From: the human T2T-CHM13v2.0 reference genome, Homo sapiens
Direction: 5' to 3' (one strand)
Length of the DNA: 64,000 nucleotides
NCBI RefSeq assembly: GCF_009914755.1
Contig: NC_060926.1
In this document: piece by piece, positions 52,761 through 64,000 of the stretch
How the letters are laid out: each line of letters starts with the position of its first letter
How positions within the stretch are numbered: position 1 is the first letter of the stretch
Translations under genes and position numbers: made by a program
The notes under the pieces: generated by a model
Database searches by the model: none
The model's input: the letters and a program-made list of their open reading frames with translations, nothing else
Told to the model about the DNA's origin: nothing

Positions 52761-54769
52761 GAATATAGATACAGCGGCATGGTATGAATTGTATTGGGGT
52801 TGAAAGAGAGAGAAAGTGGGAAATCAGTTTAGAGGCTGTTGCCCTAGGCTTGATGAGATGTAACTAGGGCAGGGACAGGAGGAAGGAAGAGGAGTTCTCA
52901 AGATAGAATTAGTAGGATTTGGCACCTGCAGGAAACTCGATTGAAGGAGAGTGTCAGAGATGGCTTGGAGGTTCCCAACCAATGCTAACGAGAAAATGAT
53001 GGAGGCTTTCCCAGAAATAGTGACTTATGTGGGGAGATAAGGAGTTTGGTTTTGGATTAATTCTGACTGCAGGTTGTGGCCAATTGTGCTGGAGCTGGTC
53101 TAATTATACTGTGTGCTAAGAGCTGTTGGAAGCTCTTTTTTGTTTGTTTTGCGTTTTCTCTCATGTTTCTATGTGTTTGACCTTCAACTTCTTAGTTGGC
53201 CTTGCTCAATGGTTTATCCCTAACTTTTCAAATTAAGGGCGAGTTGCACATTTTCAAATGTGGGTCTCTCAAGAGTTCGTTCACTGAATCCTTCAATCTG
53301 GGGTTGAATATCTACAGGATTGGTTGTAAAAATTAGGGAGCTATGAGGCTTTCTTTACTGAAAAACACCGTTTAAAAATTTTTTATCCTTTTTCATTAGA
53401 AATTTAATTTCCAACCTGGTCAAGTGAACACAATGCCCTTACCTTTTTAGTGTGGCATCTTATTCGTCTAAGCTGGAAGCAGCCTCAGAGGTGTGAGCTT
53501 ATTTCTTTACTTTAGGCATTTCACAGGGACCAGAGGTTTACAAATGTATTCGTGTCGGTGCTCTATAAGGTCATCACCTCAAGATTCCCAGAGTGGTGGC
53601 AGTAGTAGATTTGTAATTCCAAATCTATGTTTCCACAGTTGAGAGAATTCTGCTGAAAATGGAAAAGGAGGGTAACGAAATAGACTGGTTTCACCTTGGC
53701 ATGGATTGGTCTACAAAGATAATCACCCATTTGAGTATTGAGAAGTGTCTTTTTAGTGTTTGCTATACCAGGAGGTAAAAGAAACATTTGGGGACATTTT
53801 CAAAGGCCAGGATCTGGGATTGGAATGGGATGCAATTTTAAGGTCATTATTCTGTCACTTATGTCAGAAAGAATTTTTGTTACTGATATTTGTGAGCAAA
53901 TGATTGCAAGTGCTGACATGAAGTTGAGCTTTGTTTAACACATTGCATACATATTTCAGCCCTGAAAGACTCAGATACTTAGAAAATTTTCCTTAGGCTT
54001 TGGAGAACAGGTTACATTTTGAGACAAGATTTTTATAGAACAATATGTGACTCTGTAAGAAATTATAAATACTTTTCTGAAAATCAGATGATCTTGGAGG
54101 CAGTTCCTTAATGCCACTGCTCAACCTTGGAGAAGAAGATGAAATTCACAGCAATGCTCCAGCCTCAGCATGCCCTCCCAGGCCTCCTGATTTTGTCAGG
54201 AAATACTTCCTTGAAGATTAAAGCTATAATTCAGAATCTAAGTCAAAGAAGAGTACCTTATTTAAACCCATGATTTTAACTCACAGCAATAAGGCCACAG
54301 CAGACGGGAGCTGAACATCTCTGTAGACTGGACCATCTGGACCATCACTTGCAAGTCCTTCTCTCAACATTGTTGACGTCCCCTAAATAATGGCTCTGCA
54401 TTGACTGGTGCCACTGTCCCAAGAGTGGTTCCATGCTCAGCTCCTTTGCCTGCCTGTCTGCCTCTCTTTGTAGACAAGCAATTAACTGATTAGATCCAGA
54501 CCTTAGTATTTGACTTGTTTCTTTTTCTCTGTGTCATGGGAATTCACTTCCTGTTTTAGGACATTTTCCCTTTTCAGCCTGATGGACCTGAGGATTTTTT
54601 ATTCATTCATTTTTGACCCAGTGTTCACAGATTTTTACACTCATGTTTCTCTGTTAGGTGCCCCTAAATGCCTCCTTTAGTGAGATGCCTTTTCCTCCCC
54701 CAAATCCAGAATTGTTCATCCTTTTTTTGTAGAAGTCATGGAGTTTTCTCGAGTGAGAGATAGTAAAAG

Positions 54770-54960
54770 GCCTGGAGCTCGAGCTGGGCTGGCACAGGTA
54801 CATGGTGGCTACTGGGGGCATCACTTCTACTACATTACGTGGATCAAAGCAAGTGGACGAGCAGTTCAGATTCAAGAGAAGGGGAAACAAGCTCTAGGTT
54901 GGGATGTGGATGTCCTGGAGGGGAGGAATTGTGGCAGCCAACTTTGGAGACTCCTACACT
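54770..54960 (-). mobile_element. MaLR LTR fragment (MLT1H/J-like)
   Basis: gcatcacttctactacatt..tcaaagcaagt..cagattcaagagaaggggaaa..gcagccaactttggagac. Confidence 0.6.
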
Positions 54961-55294
54961 AGGCATTAATTTACATTCCCTCACAAAATCTTTGGAAACA
55001 CAAATATTTTGATACCAAACTGTTGACATCTTTTGGGTGCCAGTGAACCTATATTTTCTTACTCTAGATTCCTTATTAGTAGTAGTTTGCAAATCAGATA
55101 AAGCCAAAATAGTTTATAACAATGTCTGTTTCTCCACCAATGCTTTACCTTGTATTAATAAATTGAACCTTACCCATGTGTTCTATAAAAAGAAATTCTT
55201 ACAGTGTAAGTACTTAGTGACTATTTAAACTGACCTACAGAATTATCTTCCACTCAATGTTAAGTACCACAATAATATCCCTGCACTGTGCACG

Positions 55295-55560
55295 GCAATA
55301 TAGTGTAGCAATGGAGTGCACGGACCTGAGAGCCAGATTGCCTGAGTTCTGATATGAACTCTGCCACGTACTAACTGTATAACCTTCAGCAAGTTTCTTA
55401 AGCCCTTTGTGAGTCAGTTTTCTTATCTATAAAATGAGAGACCTAATAATACCACCATATAGGGTTGTAATGAAGGTTAAATGTGCTCAGAACAGTACTA
55501 GACATATAGTAGCATACAGGATGGTTCAACTACTATTGTTGTTGTTGTTGTCATTGTTAT
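55295..55560 (+). mobile_element. MIR
   Basis: gagccagattgcctgagttc..ctctgccac..gcaagtttcttaa..tcagttttcttatctataaaatg. Confidence 0.88.
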
Positions 55561-55849
55561 GACAGAGCGATCAGCACTGAATGTTTAGGGCAAGTAATGT
55601 GAGTGGGACAGTTGGAACAGCCAAGGTACAAGGTCACCTCTCACCCATGGAATGCCATGACTTCTGGCCCACACTTATGCCCAATCCATCTTGCTTCATC
55701 CAGCTCTAGTGGGTGCATGGCACGAATGTTGGGCAGGCTGGGCAGCCCTGTGTGTTGCCTTCACTTCCATGTAATGATGGAGTGCTTTTGTATGCCTTCC
55801 ATGTTGTGAAAGACAAAGACTCTCTCTATCATTCAGGCCGTGATTGGCC

Positions 55850-56620
55850 GTTCTGGTCTCAGAGTTATATGGCTAATGTCAGTCTTTTGGTGTTATACCA
55901 GAGCCTGGTAACAGGCTGGTCTTGTCTCTCAAAAGAATATCTAACCTTAGCCCTTGCTGGAGTTGTTTTAGTCCAGGACACAGTTGCTTTTCAGTTTGTT
56001 CACCTATGGGACATCACAAAATCTCCAAAATGCATTCACATTCATGCTGAGAAATCCAGAACTGCATTCTCAGCCAGGGCCTAGGGTTCAAGCCTCAAGA
56101 ATGTTTGTGGCATCTGGAGACCTGCTTCCTGGAGCAGGTCCTACTAAAAAAAAATGACAATATTCCTGGGTACTTTAGATAGAGGATACTGCAAAATACT
56201 CAAATTGGATGTGGCTAGAAATATGCTATCCCAGGAATCCAGATAGTATGTCAGCTTTTCTTCTGTTAGTTGGTGGATCAAAGTGTAGGAGTTTTTCTTG
56301 ACCTTGATGGGAATGTCTCCACTCCACCCATACATTTAAACCCAAGGAACTGAGTTCAAAACACAGGTCCTGGATCATGCCTGTGTTAATGACCCATCTT
56401 CAGTTCCTTAGGCAACTCTCTAAAGCTAAGTCTACTTTTTAGTGTAGTATCACCTTCACTCATGATCACTGATGTGTTGCGCTAGTTACAGGCATGTGGC
56501 TGGCACCAAGGGCCAGTGTTCTAATGAGCATGCCTATGGCCATTGCAAGATGTTAACATATCCCTGGAGCTGCCTGGTAAAGAGAATTCTGTGTCCTTTG
56601 TGTCCAGCTGTTCAGCAGAC
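55850..56620 (-). mobile_element. Highly decayed ERVL-like pol (RT/tether) fragment
   Basis: Minus-strand remnants LQGYVN (like LPQGY.NSP), FLG..WSGDIPIKVK and GFLG.HI; boundaries approximate. Confidence 0.55.
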
Positions 56621-57019
56621 TAGAAATCCTGATAATGACTTTCTTGCTTAAAATAAGTTTAAAATGCTGACTAAATCATTTAAATATGTTTTCAAAGGCA
56701 TTAATGGGTTAGCAAAAAATAAAGAACCTAATAGGCCACAATGGGCATCAGAGAGATGTTGTGACCCCATGCAGGCATTTGCCAGATTAGGTGAACTTGG
56801 CCATTAGTTCATACAGCCCTGGGAGACAGATGGACAAGCCTCAGATGGGAAATCCAATTGGTCCATCCAAAATGGGAACTATAATCGGAGACTCCCACTA
56901 TCCCAATCCATGTTAAGTTAAAACCCCAAATAATTGCACCTTCAGGGTAAGAATAAAGTAGGAATAAGCCTCAGGGGATGACAAGGAAAATTGCTTGTCT
57001 CAATCCTTGATTCTGAGTG

Positions 57020-57375
57020 GAAGACAAAAATTCTCCTATAAGAATTTAAAATCTTTTTATAAGAATTCACACACCCTCACACAGTTTATATGCTCTGACA
57101 TATTTTGTAGCCTGAGCTCACACTGTTTAGATGGTCTGGAAAACCTCAGATAGAAAATCGAGTATTAAGTTCAGGTTGGTTGTGCCAGAGGCACCTGGCA
57201 AGAGGAAACAAATCCTCTCTGGAGGAACTCACTTGTATCCAAGACCTCAGAGAAGTCTCACAGATAATGTCAGAAGTGGGGGAAAATGAGCTCATATTTT
57301 GGGGGCAAAATTGTGAAACCACTTATGGAAACTGTACTAAGAGTGGAGAGCCTGAAAAGACAGTGATTTCAGATA
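57020..57375 (+). mobile_element. Old L1M (L1ME-like) 5' region, split by Tigger1
   Basis: ggcacctggcaagaggaaacaaatcctctctggagga resembles L1M 5' ends; ORF1-like sequence resumes after Tigger1. Confidence 0.55.
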
Positions 57376-59795
57376 CAGGCATACCTTGGAGACATCGCAG
57401 GTTCAATTCCAGACCCCTGCAAGAAAGCAAATGTTGAAATTAAACAAGTCGCATAAAATTTTTGGTTTCCCAGTGCATATAAAATTTTTGTTTACACAAT
57501 CTGTAGTCTAAGCATTGTGTCTAAAAACACAATATGCATACCTTAATTTTAAAAAGCTTCATTGCTAAAAATTGCTAATGATCATCTGAGCCATCTGTGA
57601 GTCTTTTTGCTAGTGAACTGTCATGCCCCAATGTTGTTGACTGCTGACCAGTCAGGATAGTGGTTGCTGACAGTTAGGGTAGTTGTGACAATTTCTTAAA
57701 ATAAGACAACAATGAAGTTTGCCACTTCGACTGACTCTTCTTCAACAAAAGATTTCTCTATAGCAAGCAATACTGTTTTATAGCATTTTATCCAGATTAA
57801 GACTTCTTTCAAAATTGAAGTCAATCCTCTAAAATCCCTGCTGCTGCTTTATCAACTAAGTCTAAGTAATATTCTAAAGCCTTCATTGTCATTTCAACAA
57901 TGCTTATAACTTCCTCAGCAGGAGTAGATTTCATCTCAGTAAACCACTTTCTTTGCTTATCCATAAGAAGTAACTTCTCGTCCATTCAAGTTTGAATGAG
58001 ATTGTGGCAATTCAATCACATCTTCAGGCTCCACTTCTAATTCTAGTTCCCTTACTATTTCCACCATATATGCTATTATTTCTTCACTGAAATTTTGAAC
58101 CCTCAAAGTCATCCGTGAACGTTGGGATTAACTTCCTTCAAGCTTCTGTTAATGTTGATATTTTGACCTCCTCCCATGAATCATAAATATTTTTAACGGT
58201 ATCTAGAATGGGGAATTCTTTCCAGAAGGTGTTCAATTTACTTTCCCCAGACTTATCAGAAGGATCGCTGACAGCTATAGACTTATGAGAAGTATTTCTT
58301 AAATAATTAGACTCAAAAGTTGAAATTACTCTTTGATCCATGGGCTGAAGAATGAATGTTGTGTTAATAGGTATGAACATTAATCTCCTTGTACATCTCC
58401 ATCGGAGCTTTCAGGTGACCAGGTGTCTTGTCAATAAGTGGTAATATTTTGAAAGGAATCTTGTTTTCTGAGCAGTAGTATCAACAGTGGGCTTAAAATA
58501 TTTAGTAAACCATGCTATAAACAGATGTGCTGCCTTCCAAGCTTTGTTGTTCCATTCATAGAACACAGACAAAGTAGATTTGGCATAATTCTGAAGGACC
58601 CTAGGATTCTGAGAATGGAAAATGTGTATTGGTTTTAACTTAAAATTACCAGCTGCAGCTGCATTAGCCCGTAACAAGACAGTCAGCAAGTCCTTTGAAG
58701 CTTTAAATCCTGGCATTGACTTCTCCTCTTTAGCTATGAAAGTCCTAGATGGCATCTTCTTCCAGTAGAAGGCTGTTTCACCTACACTGAAAATTTGTTG
58801 TTTAGTGTAGCCACCTTCATCTACTGTCTTAGCTAGATCTTCTGGATAACTTGCTGCAACTTCTACATCAGCACTTGCTGCTTCACTTTGCACATTTATG
58901 TTATCCAGATGGCTTCCTTTCTTAAACCTCATGAACCAGCTTCTGCTGGCTTTAAACTTTTCTTCTGTAGTTTCCTTACTTCCCTCAGCCTTCATAGAAT
59001 TAAAGAGAGTTAGAGTCTTGCTCTGGATTAGGCTTTGGGTTAAGGGAATGTAGTGGCTGGTTTGATCTTCTATCAAAACCACTCAGACTTTCTATATGTC
59101 AGCAATAAGGCTGTTTTACTTTCTTATTGATATGTTCACTGGAAAGGCAGTTTTAATTTTCTTCAAGAACGTTTCCTTTGCATTCACAGCTTGGCTAACT
59201 TTTTAGTGCAAAGGCCTAACTTTCAGCCTAACTCGGCTTTCGACAAGCCTTTCTTACTAAGCTTAATCATTTTTAGCTTTTGATTTAAAGTGGGAGATGT
59301 GTGACTTTTCCTTTCATTTGATCAATTAGAGGTCATTGTAGCATTATTGATTGGCCTAATTTTAGTATCATTGTGTCTCAGGGAATACGGAGGCCTGAGG
59401 ATAGGGAGAGAGATGGGGGAATGGCCGGTCAGTGGAGGAGTCAGAACACACACAACATTCATTAAGTTCACCATCTTATATGGGTATGGTTTGTGGTGCT
59501 CCAAAACAATTACAATAGTAACAGCATATATCACTGATCACAGATCACCATAACAGATATAGTAATGATAAATGCAATAAATTTTGGTTATTCTTACTGT
59601 ATTTCACTGGATTATAGTACAGTGAGAATAACCAAAAATGTGACACACAGCTGAAGTGAGCACATGCTTTTGGAAAAAATGGTGCTGATAGATTTGCTTG
59701 ATGCAGTGTTGCCACATGTCTTCAATTTATTTTTTTAAAAATACAATGTCTGCAAAGTGCATTGAAGCGAAGCATAATAAACCAAAGCATTCCTG
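57376..59795 (-). mobile_element. Full-length Tigger1 DNA transposon, transposase disrupted
   Basis: TA plus TIR caggcatacct on the left, decayed aagcattcctg on the right; 2420 bp; ORFs 58411-59082 ([28 protein letters not shown]) and 58138-58380 ([14 protein letters not shown]). Confidence 0.95.
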
Positions 59796-59797
59796 TG

Positions 59798-60360
59798 TCA
59801 GTATTAATAGACACAGATTATAACTAGGTTTAATATGCTTAAAGTAATTAACAAAGGAACTTAGGAAATAACAAAGGAATATGATGCTTTAAATGATTAA
59901 GCAGAGTTGACAAAGAACCAAGTTAAAATTTTAGAAATGAAAATTATAATAGTCAAAATTTAATGATTATATTTAACAGATTTAACAGCCAATTAGACCT
60001 AGCTTTAAAGAAGATTAGTGACCTGAAATAAATCTAAGGAAAGTATACATAATGCAATCCAGAGAGGTAAAGAGATGGAAAAATGAGAGGATAAGAGTCG
60101 TAGAGGGTAGAATGAGAAAGTTTACAGATATCTAATGAGAATTTCAGAAGGAGAAAGGGAGAATATTGGAAAAGAGGCAATATTTAAAGAGATAATGTAC
60201 TTATCTAAAACTAATGAAATTAAACAGTTTCAGGAAACATATTTAATCTCAAGAAGGTCACATCAAAAAGTCCACAACTCAACATATCATAATGAAATTG
60301 TAATGCCAAAGACAAATGTAAAATAGTAAAAGAAAAACAGTGTATATAGCTTTCAAAGAA
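59798..60360 (+). mobile_element. Old L1M ORF1 remnant
   Basis: ISEGERENIGKEAIFKEIM peptide in A-rich, ORF1-like sequence. Confidence 0.7.
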
Positions 60361-60461
60361 AACAGCCCATTTTTAGGTCCTATTTGCCTTCCATTTTGAC
60401 CAGTGGGGAAACTAAATGGTAAGTAGACAAATTTGCTTACTTCTTTCTCCTGGACTTACTT

Positions 60462-61785
60462 TCTTTCTGACAATTATTTAAGACCTTTGTTAATAGGTAC
60501 TTGCCTTTTGGAAAAATCAAGTTGTAAACTTTTTCTCCAAATTAAAAATGAAGTTCTTCAACATCTCAACTTGACCAGATATAAAACAATTTTAAAACCT
60601 TTAAAAGCGTATTGAGAAAAACCGAGCTTTTCAAAAACAACATGCCTGTCATTATCAAAAAGAGGCATATTTAGGTAAAAATAACAAAAAAAAACCCTTG
60701 CTGCATAGATATTGCAAATAGTTCTAGTTATCTGGTCAGTGGGTAAAAAGCAAGGACTTAAGGTCTTCAGCTCCAATATCTTGCTCATTTCTTATTGCTG
60801 GAATTTCATATCCTTTTCTTCCTGTTGGATGACTAAATGGAGTGGTGGTGGAGATGGTAAGCCCACATTTACTCAGCCACATTCTGCTCAGCCTCAGGAG
60901 TGGATGAATTCTCAGCTTTTGTCTCTACCATCTTGTCGTTTGGGGTGTTCTGAGCATCAGGGCTGGTACTTGAAGTTGTGGCTGCCCCGAGGCTGAAGTG
61001 TCTGCTGACCCTGGGTTCATTGCCTTGGTTTTCCTTACCCATGTCATTGCTGTCCTCTCTCGGTCATCTTTGGCAAGGAGAGCTCCTGTGGAACCGTGGT
61101 CTCTAGCCCCATCCACATCCCGCCTCACTGGTTTACCTTGTGCCCCTGCGCCCTGGCTGTCAGCACCTCCACTTCTTCTCCCTGCAAGGGAGGGTGGGAA
61201 TACTGTGATTGCCCGCAGGTTATCTGAGTGTAGTGAGGTGTGCACCCTGTGGGACCACTGTCCCATCCTGTTCTTTTTCTCTCTCTCACTATTGAGGACC
61301 CCTATGACGCGGAGTCTATCATGGTTGCAGCCTGCTCCACGTTTACCTCTTTGACCTGGAATTCCACCAGGGCCTGTGACACTTGCTGCCAGGGTCCTCC
61401 TCTCCTTGGATGACATCGAACTCCACAGTCATTCCATATCCTACCCTGCGAAGGTACTTCCTGGGGTTATTCTTCTTTACAGCAGTCTGGTACACAAATG
61501 CATCTTCCTCGGTATCATTCCTCTTGGTGAAACCATATCTGTTTCTTACGCTGAAATATTTTATTGTCTCCAAAACCTTCCTTGCAATGACCTTTTCCCC
61601 ATTGGCAGGCGCCGGCGCTGTCCGTGGTGCTGGGCTTGGTGCCGGCAGCACCGAGGGCAGGGACGAGGGCGGTGGGGGCCGCTGGCGGCTCCTGGGCCGG
61701 GGACTTGCTGCTCCTAGCTCTGGTGACTGTGACTGGGGCTGGCGGCAGGCCGTGGGGCTGCTCAGGGTTCCCTGCGGGCCGCTCC
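60462..61785 (-). pseudogene. YBX1 (pseudogene): Processed pseudogene of YBX1 (Y-box binding protein 1); pseudogene number not assignable here
   Basis: Cold-shock domain [51 protein letters not shown]; VTGPGG and GADSQGAG..QGKPVR; intronless; 5' UTR and 3' UTR to aataattgtc present; start ATG changed to AGG (61713-15); stop at 60869-71; frameshifts; TSD ctcctggacttactt (60447-61) / ctcctggactttctt (61786-800). Confidence 0.96.
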
Positions 61786-62739
61786 CTCCTGGACTTTCTT
61801 GACTGTGTGACTATATTCTTAATTTTCCCGGAGGACTTTTTGATGAGCCTTTAGAGTACTCTGTGAACTTCATTTTGACTCATCAGTGTGGCTGCAGGTA
61901 CCGGGTAAGGAAAACCTTGGGTATGCATGGCTGGGGTGGGGACCAGAGTAGGGGGCAAGACACATTTGTATGATCAGTTAAATAAGAGTGTTGATACTGG
62001 GTGGATCAAACCTTTATTCTAATTCTTTTTACATATTTTCCTTTTATATATGCACTGCAGTGCCCTAAAAAATGCCATATTAGGAGTGCTGTATTTTTAA
62101 TTTTTAGTACAAAAATTACTTTTCTGTATTAAAAATGTATTTGTATTAAATTTATGATCAATTTAGTCAGTTACTGACAGCTGAAAAGCTACTTCAGAGA
62201 GGAGAGGAGGCTCAGCCTAGATTCCCTTTGGACACAGGCCCAGGAGCTTGCAGGCAGAGGATCAGCTCTGGGAGGCCCCAGAGAGAGTTTATGGTGAGCA
62301 GAATCCTCACCAGGTAGTCCCCAGGCACCTGGCATGTGGCACCGTGCTTGCTCCTGTGCTCACCTGCTTTCTGTCCTGCAGTCAGCAAGCCACTCTCTTC
62401 TGCCAAAGCCTGGCTCACTGGGGACACAAAGGTCTTCCCTACTAGTTGAAAGAGCCAGAGAAATTCATCTCCCTTAAGGAAGGAGAGGAGAGAGAGAAAT
62501 AGAAGTTTGGAGGGGCAGGATGCAGCCTATTAATGCACATATACTTTTCTTTGCTTCACTCTAGAGTTTGGAGATAGCGAGAGATGAAAAGAAAGAAATG
62601 GAAAGGGATATTATGAGGGAAAAACCCACTAAGAATGAGATATTCTTAATAATCTAAAGAAATCCAGTTTTCTTTTTTTCAGGTCAAATCCTGCTTGTCC
62701 TCGGAATTCTTTAACCATCAGCTGTAGATTTAGACCGAG

Positions 62740-63055
62740 GAGGTTTATTCGATATTTAACGTATACTTAATGGTCATCTGCTGTATTCCAGACACTTCTA
62801 CACAACGGAGGGTTTGATAGTGAAAAAGAGACAAAACTCTTTGACCTTGTGGAGTTAACATCTAGTCGGAGAGACAGGAAGAACCAGTACCTAGAGCATG
62901 CCGATCGCTGGTGAATGCTACAAAGAACAAGCATTAAGTGACCTGGGAATGTGAGGCAGGAGGGGGAGGATGATGGCTATTCTAAGAATGATCAGGGAGG
63001 CCTCAGAGGCCAGATGATGTGGGCACAGGCCTGAACAGGGTGAGGGAGGTAGGGT
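62740..63055 (-). mobile_element. L2 fragment
   Basis: tgaccttgtggagttaacatctagtcggagagacag..gatcagggaggcctc. Confidence 0.75.
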
Positions 63056-63292
63056 TTCAAGGGACTGAGTGGGTTTGCTTCTAGTAGCCCCTCCTCAGCC
63101 AAAGAGGAGCCTCCAGGGACCCCTAATCCAGGCTAGACAGGAGGTACTGCTGTGCAGCAGCAAGAGCCTCTCTAACTCCCCAAATATCCACCCTGGTTGG
63201 AGGGAGATGATGATAAACGTGTGAGGGCTAAAGGGGCTGCGAAGGCTCTGTGGAGGGCAAAGGCCACAAATACCAGGCCCGCGAGCTGAATT

Positions 63293-63573
63293 CATAACTG
63301 GGCACCAGCTCAAGTGTGAACCACCCTGGAAGGAACTGCTCTAATTTGCGAACCTTGAACCAAGCTGAGCCCTAAATTAATCTCTTTTTTTTCTCACTGA
63401 ACTGAGCACTGAACCAAGGATTTTTTCAAAACAGCAACAGCTAGTAAGCCAGTTTGAACCAGAACCAAGCCTATTCATTTTCTAAAAGTATTGAACTGGA
63501 ACAATATAGGAATATTAAAGTATCTTTCGAACTAAACCAGGATTGAACTGATCATTCACAAGTGCCCAGCTTG
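63293..63573. mobile_element. Old hAT-like MITE (MamRep38-like)
   Basis: Inverted termini ctgggcac / gtgcccag with more than 10 internal gaac(c/t) motifs. Confidence 0.5.
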
Positions 63574-63829
63574 AGAAGAGAAGAAATTCTTTTTGGAGAG
63601 ACAATTCTGTGTATATTAAATGTCTGCCTTGAGAGTCATTCCCTACCAAAAAATTACACTGCCTTGTGACCTCTTTTTAAAATTTTAATCTTGGGCCTAA
63701 TTCTAATATTTAACTTTTCATTTGTACATTTCATTTGCCTACTTATTCAAATGTTCTTGATGATAGGAACCACATTTTGTATTGCCTGGAAATGTTAGCA
63801 CAATTCCTGGGATACAATAGAAGTGTGGG

Positions 63830-64000
63830 TATATATAGGGGAATAGGGGTGTAGGAGTGATTGGTGGCATGCAATGACCAAAGGCTTGAAATTTATTCTG
63901 CAGGCCAGAGGAAACTGTGGAAGGGATTCAAGCAGAAAGTGGCAAGATCAGATTTGAGTTTTAGATGGCACTGTGGGGAAGGGGTTAGGAATGGAGATTG
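63830..64000 (-). mobile_element. L2 fragment
   Basis: gaaatttattctgcaggc..tggaagggattcaagcag..gatcagatttgagttttaga. Confidence 0.6.

Noticed and set aside
58138-59082. Tigger1 ORFs as a domesticated TIGD-like gene
   Set aside because: Frameshifted, lacks the N-terminus in frame, and lies within an ordinary TIR-bounded copy
61343-61651. Functional cold-shock-domain retrogene
   Set aside because: Native ATG is mutated to AGG, conserved residues are changed (W>Y, G>R, H>Y), and a frameshift follows the domain
60447-61800. Naming the locus, chromosome or YBX1P number
   Set aside because: Cannot be determined without a genome search

Overview
Primate (Alu-bearing, human-like) nuclear DNA, intronic or intergenic and dominated by interspersed repeats. 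I can support no intact protein-coding gene, RNA gene, CRISPR array or prokaryotic system. Nearly all listed ORFs are chance ORFs or broken transposon frames. Main contents: (1) a full-length Tigger2 (+, 5265-7945) and a full-length Tigger1 (-, 57376-59795), both with terminal inverted repeats (TIRs); (2) a near-full-length, dead L1PA7-like LINE-1 (-, 24804-30579) inside an older HAL1-like element, with an internal deletion of about 0.35-0.4 kb; (3) a decayed ERVL-class provirus (-, ~43340-49330) and a separate ERVL-like pol fragment; (4) several solo LTRs, Alus, and many MIR, L2 and MER fragments; (5) a YBX1 processed pseudogene (-, 60462-61785) with a 15-bp target-site duplication (TSD) and a CpG-rich 5' end. 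Best leads: the L1 deletion may be a splice product; a perfect 75-bp templated insertion inside an old L1MB; a candidate short L1 3' transduction; a possible antisense transcript from the pseudogene CpG patch; and several repeat-free, motif-dense candidate enhancers. I did not find a new multi-gene biological system. Subfamily names and consensus comparisons come from memory and need a RepeatMasker/Dfam check.
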